Shown here: positions 30,110 through 40,134 of the stretch, in pieces
How positions within the stretch are numbered: position 1 is the stretch's first letter
How the letters are laid out: each line of letters starts with the position of its first letter
DNA from: Thermoplasmatales archaeon
Lineage (GTDB): Archaea; Thermoplasmatota; Thermoplasmata; Thermoplasmatales; Thermoplasmataceae
Direction of reading: 5' to 3'
Length of the DNA stretch: 64,000 nucleotides
NCBI GenBank assembly: GCA_027310185.1
Contig: DAIDBH010000018.1
Coordinates: 64,001-128,000 of the forward strand
Translations under genes and position numbers: made by a program
The notes under the pieces: model-generated
Seen by the model: the letters and a program-made list of their open reading frames with translations, nothing else
Database searches by the model: none
Told to the model about the DNA's origin: nothing

Positions 30110-30982
30110 ATGGATGCAGAAGAAAAATTAAAGATTCTTGAGGCAGGGAAACTGGGTAAGAAGGCCCTTGAAGTTGCCTCATCATTAATAGAACCAGGCG
30201 TATTATTCCTTGATGTGGCTGAAAAGACTGAGAATTTTATACGGGAAAACGGTGGCAAGCCCTCCTTTCCACTTAACTTATCCATAAATAACGAGGCAGC
30301 CCACTATACACCAGCTCCCAATGATAAGAAGACATTCAAGACGGGTGATCTGGTGAAGGTGGATATTGGAGCACAGATAGATGGTTACATATCAGATAAT
30401 GCAACAACAGTTGAAGTGGGTGGCAAAGGGGAGTACAGCAACCTCATAGACAGCACAAGGGAAGCACTCAATGCTGCTCTGAAGGTACTGAGGCCAAACA
30501 TTGAGATCTATAAAATAGGGCAGGCCATAGGGGAAAAAATAGAATCATTCGGGTTCAAGCCTGTGAAAAATCTTGGAGGACATGGAATCAAGAGAAACGA
30601 TCTTCACTCCACAATATTCATCCCGAACTATGACGACGGTAACGGTAGAAGAATAGAGAATGGGCAGCTGATTGCCATTGAACCTTTTGCCTCCACTGGA
30701 ATTGGATTGATACACAATGGAATGGGGGGCAATATATACATATTCAGTGGAACAAAGCCTGATCCAAGGGATCCCGTTATCCAGAACTTCAGCACACTAC
30801 CCTTTGCTGAGAGGTGGCTGGCAAAGGTGAAGCCGGACTACAAGGATTACCTTAAGAAAAATCTATTCATGAAGCAGATAAGCCATTTTGCAGTGCTTAA
30901 GGAACATAAGGGAGCAATGATATCACAGGCAGAACATACAATACTCTTCGATGGGGACCAGATCATAGTGACAACCCAGTAA
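30110..30982 (+). CDS. map: Methionine aminopeptidase type II
   Basis: AAHYTP, DIGAQIDGYISD, NLGGH, IEPFA, QAEHT. Confidence 0.96.
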   Translation: MDAEEKLKILEAGKLGKKALEVASSLIEPGVLFLDVAEKTENFIRENGGKPSFPLNLSINNEAAHYTPAPNDKKTFKTGDLVKVDIGAQIDGYISDNATTVEVGGKGEYSNLIDSTREALNAALKVLRPNIEIYKIGQAIGEKIESFGFKPVKNLGGHGIKRNDLHSTIFIPNYDDGNGRRIENGQLIAIEPFASTGIGLIHNGMGGNIYIFSGTKPDPRDPVIQNFSTLPFAERWLAKVKPDYKDYLKKNLFMKQISHFAVLKEHKGAMISQAEHTILFDGDQIIVTTQ

Positions 30983-31019
30983 TTTCCAAATGTTCCAGTC
31001 AATCCAGAAGTGTGACTTT

Positions 31020-31643
31020 TTACTGGATATGGAAAGCCAGAAGGATTTCTTTCAGTGCCTCATTCAGCATTTCTTCCTTGCTGCCATTTCCTCCGATTAG
31101 CCTTCCAGGATTGGAGAATATACCTCTTCTTATTGCCTCAATATATATGTTGTATACATCCTTGAGGTATTCATTCTCCTCAAATATTTCCAGTTCCCTT
31201 TTCTCCCCATCTCCCTGCCTGAATGACTTCCCGTCGAAATCTATGAATATTGTAAGATCGGGGTCAATGTGACTAATGGATAGAACATTCTCAATCCATC
31301 TGAAAAACTGGTCCTGGTCCCTGAAATGTTCTTTAAGGAAAACGCCCTGGTATGCAAGGGAAGAAAGGGAATATCTGTCACATATCACAAAGTCATTTTC
31401 ATTCATACTTTTCAGAATCAACCTGTTATGTTCAATCCTATCTCTTATGAACATAGCAAGGAGAATCAGGTAATCCTCTCTTTTTAGTTTTGAGAGAATG
31501 TCGAGACCAGAATCAAAGTAGGATGTTGGTTCATGTGTTAGAAGCACACTTTTACCCCTGTTCTTGAGATCTATGGCAATGTTCTTTGCAAGTGTACTCT
31601 TACCTGATCTGTCTATACCCTCAATCACAATAAACTTTCCCAT
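31020..31643 (-). CDS. tmk: Thymidylate kinase
   Basis: EGIDRSGKST, CDRYSLSSLAYQG. Confidence 0.93.
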   Translation of the reverse strand: MGKFIVIEGIDRSGKSTLAKNIAIDLKNRGKSVLLTHEPTSYFDSGLDILSKLKREDYLILLAMFIRDRIEHNRLILKSMNENDFVICDRYSLSSLAYQGVFLKEHFRDQDQFFRWIENVLSISHIDPDLTIFIDFDGKSFRQGDGEKRELEIFEENEYLKDVYNIYIEAIRRGIFSNPGRLIGGNGSKEEMLNEALKEILLAFHIQ

Positions 31644-31757
31644 GAATCTATCTTCTCCATTAGGATTTGTTCATACTTATTTGTTCCTATGTGAAATATT
31701 TCTGTATGCTTATTAAGCTCAGGAAAGGTTATCTAGATTTCTTTCCATGCGAGGATC

Positions 31758-32930
31758 ATGAGCAAGAGGGGATTTAATACCAGAGCTGTAGGTTCTGGAG
31801 AATTGAAGGATAAGAGGTATGGGAATGTCGTCACGCCAATATTTCAGAACGCAACATTCCTTTATCCAAACTACAGTGACGGGTCCACGAAGGATCCTAA
31901 TACAAACGACTCCTACATCTACTCAAGATGGGGAAATCCAACAGTAACTGCACTGGAGGAAAAATATGCATCACTGGAAGGTGCAGGTCATGCATTATCT
32001 TTTTCCACAGGGATGGCAGGAATAACATCACTTATGATGTCTTTGGTTGGAAAAAAGAAAAGAGTCCTCTCAATAATGGACCTCTATGGCCAGACACTGA
32101 GCTTTTTCAAGAACAAGTTGCCAAAATATGGGCTTGATGTGGATATTATTTCCATAGACAAACTGAACTCAATAGAGTTTGACGTTACCCGATATGATGT
32201 AATCTATACAGAAAGCATAACAAATCCATCAATGAAAGTTCTTGATCTGAAAACCATAGGGGAGCTTTGCAACAAGAATGGGATCACACTCATTGTAGAT
32301 GCAACATTCTGTTCCCCATACAACCAGAATCCCCTTGAGTTGGGAGCTGATTATGTGGTTCACAGTGGAACTAAATACCTGAACGGTCATTCTGATACAA
32401 TGTCAGGGTTTGTCAGTTCCAACAGGGAGCTTTCAGACGTATTTGATATGAGGAAAAATCTTGGGGCAACACTGGATGCATTCCAGGCATATCTTATCCA
32501 GAGGGGAATGAAGACACTTGGGCTAAGAATGAAGCAGCATAATTCAAATGCAATGGAGGTTGCTGAATTCCTGAGGGAGAATCCACGTGTCATCTCAGTG
32601 AATTATCCAGGATTGAAAGATGATAGATATCATTCTGTTGCAGAGAAAAATATGAGGGGGTTCGGGGGAATGCTCTCTTTCAGAGTGAAAGGAGGATTGG
32701 AAGGGGCACGTAAATTCATGAAGGGACTTGATAGTATATCAGCTGCGCCAAGCCTTGGTGGTGTTGAGTCCCTTGCCACTCTGCCAATAGACACATCCCA
32801 TGGCTCTGTAAGCCAGGAGGACAGGAAGGTCATGGAAGTTACAGAGGATATGGTAAGACTTTCTGTTGGAATAGAAGATCCGGAAGATATAAAGGATGAA
32901 CTGGGAAAGGCACTCAGCCAAATCAGCTGA
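31758..32930 (+). CDS. Cys/Met metabolism PLP enzyme (cystathionine gamma-synthase/lyase)
   Basis: YSRWGNPT, HSGTKYLNGHSD, SLGGVESL, RLSVGIED. Confidence 0.93.
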   Translation: MSKRGFNTRAVGSGELKDKRYGNVVTPIFQNATFLYPNYSDGSTKDPNTNDSYIYSRWGNPTVTALEEKYASLEGAGHALSFSTGMAGITSLMMSLVGKKKRVLSIMDLYGQTLSFFKNKLPKYGLDVDIISIDKLNSIEFDVTRYDVIYTESITNPSMKVLDLKTIGELCNKNGITLIVDATFCSPYNQNPLELGADYVVHSGTKYLNGHSDTMSGFVSSNRELSDVFDMRKNLGATLDAFQAYLIQRGMKTLGLRMKQHNSNAMEVAEFLRENPRVISVNYPGLKDDRYHSVAEKNMRGFGGMLSFRVKGGLEGARKFMKGLDSISAAPSLGGVESLATLPIDTSHGSVSQEDRKVMEVTEDMVRLSVGIEDPEDIKDELGKALSQIS

Positions 32931-34221
32931 GTAAATTCTGATTCATCTCAGAACCAGATTTTTTCTTTTTCCCAAACACTTTTTCTTTTTCTGCAAAATA
33001 AAGCATGAATCCCACAAGTATGGTTATTGTTCCTATGTAGAATGCCCTCTCTCCAAGGGCAAACATTATGACTGCAGAGAGTGCAATCGAAAGAATCTGG
33101 ACGAATGGGTATAGAGGAGACCTGAACTTTCCCCTCACGTTTCTCCTCCTGAGTATTACAACAGCGAGGCCTGTAAGGGCATAAGAAAATATGACGCCAA
33201 AATTAGAAGCAAGGGCTATAACCTGAACATTACCAATAAAGAGGGAAACAATGGCAAGACCAGCAATCAGGAGTGTCGCCCTTCTTGGTGAATCTTTCTC
33301 CCTGCCCTGTATCCACCTGGGAAGAAGCCTGTCCTGGCTCATCTGTAGCAGTGTCCGTGATCCTGCAACAATCAGGGACACAGTTACAGTGAATGTGGCA
33401 ATTATGGCAACTATATTTATAGCATATTCCACAGCAACAGGAGCTTTAGCGAAAACGAGTGCATCAAAGAGAGGATTGCCTGTAATTCCGTAATCTCTAT
33501 AGGGCATAAGCGCAAGCATCCCGAAGATTATAATTATATATAGTATGGTACTCACTGCAAGGGCAACCAGTATTGCAAAAGGGATACTCTTTTCAGGATT
33601 CTCAGTTTCCGGGCCAAGGGTTGCAATTGTGTTGAAACCGGAATATGCAAAGAAGGCAAGTGAAGCTGCTTCAATAATTTCCATTGGTTTCGAGGGAACA
33701 AAAGGCGTAAATCTGGGAATTGTCCAGTGACCGTAGAATACGGAAATCAGGATGAAGAGAATGAGGCCTCCAATGGTTATGAATACCAGTATATGCTCAA
33801 CTTTAGCCACTGTGTTTATCCCGTGATAATCAATCAAAGCAGCCACGGCAATTACAATGGCAGCAAGCAGCAATATGTATATATAGGGCAAATTGACAAA
33901 GGAAAGCAGGTATGATCCAAAGCCTATTGCTACTGCGGAGGCGGCAATAGCATATGATATGGCTCGCAACCATCCAACCACAAATCCCGCAGATTCTCCC
34001 ATGGTTACCTTAGTAAAGGAATAGAGACCTCCATGGGACACAATACTGGAAGAAAGTTCAGCACTGTTAAGTGCAATGGTAAGGGCAAGTATTGCTGTTA
34101 ATACAAAAGCAATAATTGCCCCAGGTCCAGCATCACTGATTGCAGTTCCAGCAAGAACAAATATACCTGCACCGATTATATTTCCCAGTCCAATGAAGGT
34201 AGCCTGCCATCTGCTAATCAT
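32923..34221 (-). CDS. APC family amino acid permease
   Basis: IIGAGIF, FFAYSGF, ~12 TM. Confidence 0.92.
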   Translation of the reverse strand: MISRWQATFIGLGNIIGAGIFVLAGTAISDAGPGAIIAFVLTAILALTIALNSAELSSSIVSHGGLYSFTKVTMGESAGFVVGWLRAISYAIAASAVAIGFGSYLLSFVNLPYIYILLLAAIVIAVAALIDYHGINTVAKVEHILVFITIGGLILFILISVFYGHWTIPRFTPFVPSKPMEIIEAASLAFFAYSGFNTIATLGPETENPEKSIPFAILVALAVSTILYIIIIFGMLALMPYRDYGITGNPLFDALVFAKAPVAVEYAINIVAIIATFTVTVSLIVAGSRTLLQMSQDRLLPRWIQGREKDSPRRATLLIAGLAIVSLFIGNVQVIALASNFGVIFSYALTGLAVVILRRRNVRGKFRSPLYPFVQILSIALSAVIMFALGERAFYIGTITILVGFMLYFAEKEKVFGKKKKSGSEMNQNLLS

Positions 34222-34317
34222 CCTATGTAATTTATCACTGCCTCAAATATGCTTCCAAATCTTTGTTTATAAAATTAAATTACAAAAATATTATAATCTT
34301 TTGTCGGATATCGAAAA

Positions 34318-35148
34318 ATGGAAAGAGAAAGCATGGTTTGGGACCTGAAATCAACATTCATATTAATGAAGTATCAGATGCTTTTCTACCTCAAGACCAG
34401 AAGATTTCTCACAATGTTGATCCTTGTAATTTTAATAGTAGGGTTGACGGTGGGTATAGATCTCCACGTAGGTGTGAGCAATATACGGACAGAATATGTT
34501 ACTTCAGCAGGATTCCTATCTTCAGGACTATCGTTTGTAGCCATAAGTATTGCAATACTTGCAGGATTCTATGGCGGGGATGCTACAAGTATAGAAACAG
34601 GAACCAATTCAGGGTATTTCATAATGGTACAGCCTGTCAGGAAATCTTCAATCTTAATGGGAAGATATCTAGGAGCATTTATTCTTGCAGCAGGAACACT
34701 ACTGATAGAGTTTGTTGCGGTTGGCGGGATGAGCCAGTACATTTTTGGAGGTATCAACAATAATTTCTGGCTCGCCATAGGAGAATCACTCTTCATACTG
34801 ATGGCATTCCTGGCACTGGCATTCTTATTCAGTTCAATATTCAAGAATCCACTCATAGGAATCCTGTTTTCAATACTTGCATTTGTTCTTATCATGCCAA
34901 TAATAGATGAAGTTATTTCCATTGAGAACATAGAACCATGGTTCAATCTTTACTATGCAACAAGCATCATCCCAGCAGTGTTTGGCCCAATAACTCATGT
35001 AGCAACTCTGGGGGGGCGTGGACCATTCAAAATAGAGACATTCACGCCATATGTCTGGGAAGCTAATTATATAACACTTATTTACCTTGTTCTGTCCCTT
35101 GGCCTTAGTTATGCCATATTCAGGAAAAAAGAGGTGAAACCACAGTGA
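34318..35148 (+). CDS. ABC-2 exporter permease
   Basis: ~6 TM, QPVRKSSILMGRY loop. Confidence 0.85.
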   Translation: MERESMVWDLKSTFILMKYQMLFYLKTRRFLTMLILVILIVGLTVGIDLHVGVSNIRTEYVTSAGFLSSGLSFVAISIAILAGFYGGDATSIETGTNSGYFIMVQPVRKSSILMGRYLGAFILAAGTLLIEFVAVGGMSQYIFGGINNNFWLAIGESLFILMAFLALAFLFSSIFKNPLIGILFSILAFVLIMPIIDEVISIENIEPWFNLYYATSIIPAVFGPITHVATLGGRGPFKIETFTPYVWEANYITLIYLVLSLGLSYAIFRKKEVKPQ

Positions 35149-36083
35149 TGAACACGAAGTCCGTGAAGGTGATAAATCTCACAAAGAAGTATGGTAATTT
35201 CAAGGCGGTAGATAATATAAGTTTTGATCTTGAAGGTGATGGAGCTATCGCGTACCTTGGCCAGAACGGTGCTGGTAAAACAACCACATTCAAGATGATG
35301 ACAGGTCTTATCAATCCAACTGAGGGAAAGGTACTCATAGAGGGAATAGACGTTACAAAATACAGGACAAAGGCCCTAATGAAGATAGGTGCCTTGATAG
35401 AAACACCGGAACCTTATGCTTCCTTGAGTGTAGAAGAAGCAGTGAGACTGGCAGGTGAGCTTAAGGGTATAAAGAAGAGGGAGGTACTGAATCATCTCGA
35501 AACATTCGGGAACCGTGTAAAGATACCTGATCTGGACAGGAAGGTAGGTACACTGTCCCGTGGCCAGCGGGCCAGGGTGGTTTTTGTTGCAGCTTTTCTT
35601 GGTAACCCGGATATCATATTCCTTGATGAACCCACAAACGGGATGGATCCTGCTGAAAGGAAAATAATAAGGGATGTAATCCTTGAATGGAAGAAGGAGC
35701 ATATGATCCTCATGAGTTCTCACCTGCTCCAGGAAGTTACCGACACATGTGAGAACGTTCTTTTCATCAACAATGGAAAGTTGCTGCTTCAGGATTCCAC
35801 AAGAAATATTGAATCAAGATTCAATTCAAAGAGCCTGAAGGTAGATTTCCTGAAATCTGTGAACATGAATGATCTAAAAGAAGCGCTGGATGGTTTTGCA
35901 GGCAGTGTGGAACCACAAACCGAAAAATCAGCCATAATTTATTTTGATGGTGAACTAGAAAAGAGGGTCAAAATACTAAAAGCTGTCCAGTCCGTGGGAG
36001 ACGTAATTACATTTGCAGAATATGGCTCTTCTCTGGAAGAGGCATTTGTAAACCTGATAGATGATAAGAATCAGGCAAAATAA
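35145..36083 (+). CDS. ABC exporter ATP-binding protein
   Basis: GQNGAGKT, LSRGQ, LDEPTNGMD, SSH. Confidence 0.94.
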   Translation: MMNTKSVKVINLTKKYGNFKAVDNISFDLEGDGAIAYLGQNGAGKTTTFKMMTGLINPTEGKVLIEGIDVTKYRTKALMKIGALIETPEPYASLSVEEAVRLAGELKGIKKREVLNHLETFGNRVKIPDLDRKVGTLSRGQRARVVFVAAFLGNPDIIFLDEPTNGMDPAERKIIRDVILEWKKEHMILMSSHLLQEVTDTCENVLFINNGKLLLQDSTRNIESRFNSKSLKVDFLKSVNMNDLKEALDGFAGSVEPQTEKSAIIYFDGELEKRVKILKAVQSVGDVITFAEYGSSLEEAFVNLIDDKNQAK

Positions 36084-36143
36084 AACCATTTAAAATATTT
36101 TTTTATCTGGAAAAAATTAAAATTTTATACATATTTTAAAAAA

Positions 36144-38111
36144 TTACTGGAACTTGTATTCTGGTTTCCTTTTCTGGACGAATGCTGATATTCCCTCCAT
36201 GAAATCCTTGGAATTATATAAATTTCCCATGGCTATGGATTCCATTTCTAGGCCGACGTCCGATGGTACCTCTGATCCTTTGTATATCAACTTCTTTGAG
36301 AGGGCTGCTGCTATGGGTGATATCTTTTCGCTCAGTTCAGTCGCAAATTCCATGGTCTTCTGCTTAAGTTCCTCTTTCGGATACAGCCTTGACACTATCC
36401 CATAGTCGCGGGCAACTTCACCTGTAAATCTCTCTCCCGTTAGGATGAGATATGAAGCCCTTGACATGCCGATAAGTTTTGCAAGTTTCTGGCTTCCACT
36501 CCAACCAGGCAGCAGGCCAATTGTCGTTTCAGGAAATCCTATCACGCATTCTCTGTGTGAAACCCGTATATCACAGTTGAGGGACAGTTCAAATCCCCCA
36601 CCAAGAACATATCCTCTCATTTCTGCAATAACAATCTTTGGAATTTCAGATAGTTTCCTGAATATTCTCTGACCCTTTCTAGAATGTTCCATGAATTCCA
36701 TGAAATCAGGTATGAACTGTGTAAGCTCCGCTCCAGCAGAAAATACATTTTCATTTCCAGCAATGACAATAACAAAAACCTCCCTGTCGTTCCATAGCCT
36801 GTCAATAACTTCATTCAATTCGTCCAGGACATTTGTGTTAAGGAGATTGTTCTTTCCATTATTCAGCTCGATCCTTGCAACCTTCCCGGTTCTTATGACA
36901 TTGAGAAGTTTTCCCTCTTCCTTTATTGAATTCCTGGAAGCTGAAGCACTCTTCAGTTTTCCATCCATTGCCTCCTTCATTCTGCCATCTTCAATGGACC
37001 TGGCAGGCTTGAATACATCTGCCCCAAAATTCTCATATAACTGGGTCAATTTATCCTTCACTTCCTTGTTAGAAAGGCCCTTTGCCACGGAAACTGGCCC
37101 AAATGGCCTGTTCATCCCGAGGCAGAACCCCTTCTCAATATCGTCCGGGCTTGCCACCCCTTCTTCTATAAGCTTCACTGCCTCATTGATTTCCAGGCAG
37201 AAAACATCAAGTAACTCAACCTTCGAGGATGGATTAGCCTTAGGTATCTGTGCCTTTCCGTCTTTCCATTTGTAAAATCCCTCTCCTGTCTTAATTCCCA
37301 GCCTGTTCTCTTTGACCATCTTTAATGGTATGGTTGTCTTTCCGTATGCACTCGATAGTGTTTTGCTGTAGTAATCCAGGGAATGCAATACTGTATCAAT
37401 TCCAACGTAGTCCATAAGTTCGTAGGGTCCCATGGGTAAGGCCTGGCTTTTCGCAAATGCATCAATTGCTTCAGGAGAATCTATATTTTTCTCAAGTAGA
37501 AGAATGAAATAAAGTGACTCCGGTGCACTGATCCTGTTTACGACAAATCCTGCAGTATCCCTGAATACTTTAATTGGCTCTTTGCCAATCTTCTTTGAAA
37601 AGTTAAACACTTCCTGAAAGTTTTCTTCGGATGATTTTTCTCCCTTAATAACCTCAACAAGCTTCATCATGACTGGCGGATTGAAGAAATGCATACCAAC
37701 AAGCCTCTCCGGTCTTTTAAGCATACCCGCTATCTCTGTTATCCTTATGTTTGAGGTATTGGTCGCCAGGATCGCATCATGTTCTGCAAACTTTTCCACA
37801 GAATTGAAAACCTCTTCCTTCAGTTCCGGAATTTCAGGGACTGCCTCTATCACAAGCTGTGATCCCTTCAGCGAAGCCTCCATTTCCCTGTGGAATGTGA
37901 TTCTTTCCATCACATGGTTCTGCTCTTCTCCCTTCAGCTTTCCTGCCTTTACAAGTCTTGCTAGACTCTTTTCTATACCTGCTTTTCCCTTCTCGAGTGC
38001 ATCAGGAAAACTGTCAAACAGGTTCACCCTGAAGCCTGCCGTGGCAATAACCTGTGCTATTCCACTTCCCATCAACCCTGAGCCTATGACTGTTACCTGC
38101 TTAATTTCCAT
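36144..38111 (-). CDS. 3-hydroxyacyl-CoA dehydrogenase/enoyl-CoA hydratase fusion
   Basis: GSGLMGSGIA, HFFNP, GFVVNR; crotonase GGGFE...PE. Confidence 0.94.
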   Translation of the reverse strand: MEIKQVTVIGSGLMGSGIAQVIATAGFRVNLFDSFPDALEKGKAGIEKSLARLVKAGKLKGEEQNHVMERITFHREMEASLKGSQLVIEAVPEIPELKEEVFNSVEKFAEHDAILATNTSNIRITEIAGMLKRPERLVGMHFFNPPVMMKLVEVIKGEKSSEENFQEVFNFSKKIGKEPIKVFRDTAGFVVNRISAPESLYFILLLEKNIDSPEAIDAFAKSQALPMGPYELMDYVGIDTVLHSLDYYSKTLSSAYGKTTIPLKMVKENRLGIKTGEGFYKWKDGKAQIPKANPSSKVELLDVFCLEINEAVKLIEEGVASPDDIEKGFCLGMNRPFGPVSVAKGLSNKEVKDKLTQLYENFGADVFKPARSIEDGRMKEAMDGKLKSASASRNSIKEEGKLLNVIRTGKVARIELNNGKNNLLNTNVLDELNEVIDRLWNDREVFVIVIAGNENVFSAGAELTQFIPDFMEFMEHSRKGQRIFRKLSEIPKIVIAEMRGYVLGGGFELSLNCDIRVSHRECVIGFPETTIGLLPGWSGSQKLAKLIGMSRASYLILTGERFTGEVARDYGIVSRLYPKEELKQKTMEFATELSEKISPIAAALSKKLIYKGSEVPSDVGLEMESIAMGNLYNSKDFMEGISAFVQKRKPEYKFQ

Positions 38112-38115
38112 AAAA

Positions 38116-38451
38116 TCACTTCCTGAGTTTCTTGACGAGGCCAGTCATCTTCGTTGCGCTCATGAGATCTCCTGATATCTTGATTTTTCCTGTCATGTAT
38201 GACATGACTGGATCAATTGTGCCATTGAAAAGACTCAGAAGTGTTTCCTCCTTCCCACTGATTGTTGCCGTGGGTGCCTGATCCGTTCCCTTATTGAACG
38301 TAACCTCCCCTTTGGTAACTTTCACATAATAAGCCTCACCATCTGTGGGGGCAAACTGGAAGGTTTTTTCCATGGTGGCTATCTCCTTCTTAACATCCTC
38401 ATCATTTCCATATTTATCCAACATCTGTTTTAAAACATCGCCTGAAGACAT
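38116..38451 (-). CDS. SCP2 sterol/lipid-binding domain protein
   Basis: DPVMSYMTGKIKISGDLM. Confidence 0.88.
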   Translation of the reverse strand: MSSGDVLKQMLDKYGNDEDVKKEIATMEKTFQFAPTDGEAYYVKVTKGEVTFNKGTDQAPTATISGKEETLLSLFNGTIDPVMSYMTGKIKISGDLMSATKMTGLVKKLRK

Positions 38452-38523
38452 GGATTATAATGATAAGGCGTATTATATGTTTATTGGTATTATTTATATT
38501 GTTTGGGTATATAAAAAAAGGGA

Positions 38524-39183
38524 TTATTGGGCTTGTGCAGCAGAAAATAGAACCTGATCGAGAAAGATCTCCTCAGGCTGTGCTCCTATTATTGGTTCAT
38601 CCAAATTGCTTATGGTTGTGTGTGGCACACTTGAAACTGCAGCAGCTTCTGCTTCTTCCTCAAATTCATACGATTCAACCATATCTCCTGTAATATTCGG
38701 ATTCACCAGGGCAAAATTATGTGCCATTCTAACTGCTGAAGGACAGTATGGACACGTTGGTGTTATGAACACTCTTATGCTTACAGGTTTCTCAATCGTT
38801 TTTAATTTCTCGATTGTGCTCTCCCTGAGTTCTATCTTTCCATTGGAGAATGTTTCTATATCCTCAATTATTGATCTGAACTCGTAACCTGATGGAATGC
38901 CGAAATACCTTACATTACCATTTTGGAACCTGTTTGAAAACAGTATGACCACCGGTGCTTTTTCTATCTTGTATTTCTTCGAATCCTCATCTCCCAGTTC
39001 ATGAATTTCTACCTTAACCTTATCTGTTATCTCTGCAATCTCCCTCATTAGCTGTTCTGTATCATTGCAGTACTGGCAGGATTTATTGTCATCCTTGAAG
39101 ACCTTGATTATAACTTCATCTTCCATGGTAGTCGAAAACTGTTCCTTTAACTTTGTTCTGTACTCATCATTTATTAATTGCAT
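38524..39183 (-). CDS. Protein disulfide oxidoreductase (PDO, tandem thioredoxin folds)
   Basis: CQYC and CPYC, GIPSGYEF; likely start ATG 39183. Confidence 0.92.
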   Translation of the reverse strand: MQLINDEYRTKLKEQFSTTMEDEVIIKVFKDDNKSCQYCNDTEQLMREIAEITDKVKVEIHELGDEDSKKYKIEKAPVVILFSNRFQNGNVRYFGIPSGYEFRSIIEDIETFSNGKIELRESTIEKLKTIEKPVSIRVFITPTCPYCPSAVRMAHNFALVNPNITGDMVESYEFEEEAEAAAVSSVPHTTISNLDEPIIGAQPEEIFLDQVLFSAAQAQ

Positions 39184-39371
39184 GTTTAATGCATCGTGAT
39201 AAGTTATTAAAACATGTTTGTAAAAATAAGAATGTAAATTGGAAATAACCATATTTTATGTATTTTAAATTACATGCTATTCCATATTAATGGCTGAAAT
39301 AAGACAAGAAATACGAACTCATGAAAAATATTCCTATGATTTCTATACTGGCAAGTGTCAGACGGATTGGT

Positions 39372-39404
39372 TTTTTGTTTAAACACAGTCAATTTAAACA
39401 AAAA
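39372..39404. promoter_or_regulatory. 12-bp perfect inverted repeat between divergent genes
   Basis: TTTTTGTTTAAA-9nt-TTTAAACAAAAA. Confidence 0.45.
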
Positions 39405-39434
39405 TAATTTAATCGAGGTGTATATCTCAACGCA

Positions 39435-40082
39435 TTGAAACTCTTGAAGATCAGGAAGATTACAGTCGGCCCACTGATGACTGACTGTTATATACTTTCA
39501 AACTCCGGTGAATGTGTTATAGTTGATGCAGGAGGAAATCCTGAAAAAATACTGGAAGAACTGGAAAAGTTCAATCTGAAGCCGAAATTTATAATTGCTA
39601 CGCACGGTCATTTCGATCACTTCATGTCAGCAAGGGAAATACAGAGAAAGTACGACATTCCTTTCTATATTAACGAAAAGGATACTGAAATGCTGCTGTC
39701 AAAAGAATATTCTGCAGATCATTTCATAAAGGGATTAAGGACAGAAATTCCGGACAACATTAAAACATTCAGTGATGGGTTCACATTTAAAGTTGGAGAT
39801 CATCAGTTGAAGATAATGGAGACTCCCGGGCACACACCTGGAAGTTCCTGTATAATGGGAGACGGTTTTATTCTCACCGGAGACACGTTATTCAGGATGT
39901 CCATCGGCCGGATGGATTTCGGAGGAAACGAGGAAGATATGGTTAGAAGCCTGAAAAACCTTACCCAGATAAAGGAGTCCACAAAAATATATCCGGGTCA
40001 CGGAGATCCAAGCGATATACGTTATGAATTACTGAATAATTTTTATTTCCAGAATGTTGCAAACAGGAACAGTCTATATTGA
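39435..40082 (+). CDS. MBL-fold metallo-hydrolase (glyoxalase II-like)
   Basis: THGHFDH, PGHTPG, TGDTLF, PGHG. Confidence 0.92.
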   Translation: MKLLKIRKITVGPLMTDCYILSNSGECVIVDAGGNPEKILEELEKFNLKPKFIIATHGHFDHFMSAREIQRKYDIPFYINEKDTEMLLSKEYSADHFIKGLRTEIPDNIKTFSDGFTFKVGDHQLKIMETPGHTPGSSCIMGDGFILTGDTLFRMSIGRMDFGGNEEDMVRSLKNLTQIKESTKIYPGHGDPSDIRYELLNNFYFQNVANRNSLY

Positions 40083-40134
40083 GTTAAAATTTTATAAACC
40101 TGGGAGTTTGATAAAAGAAGTGGCAAATGCCAGT

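Noticed and set aside
34263-34763. 166-aa alternative-frame ORF and similar overlapping ORFs elsewhere
   Set aside because: Overlap well-supported genes and lack family motifs
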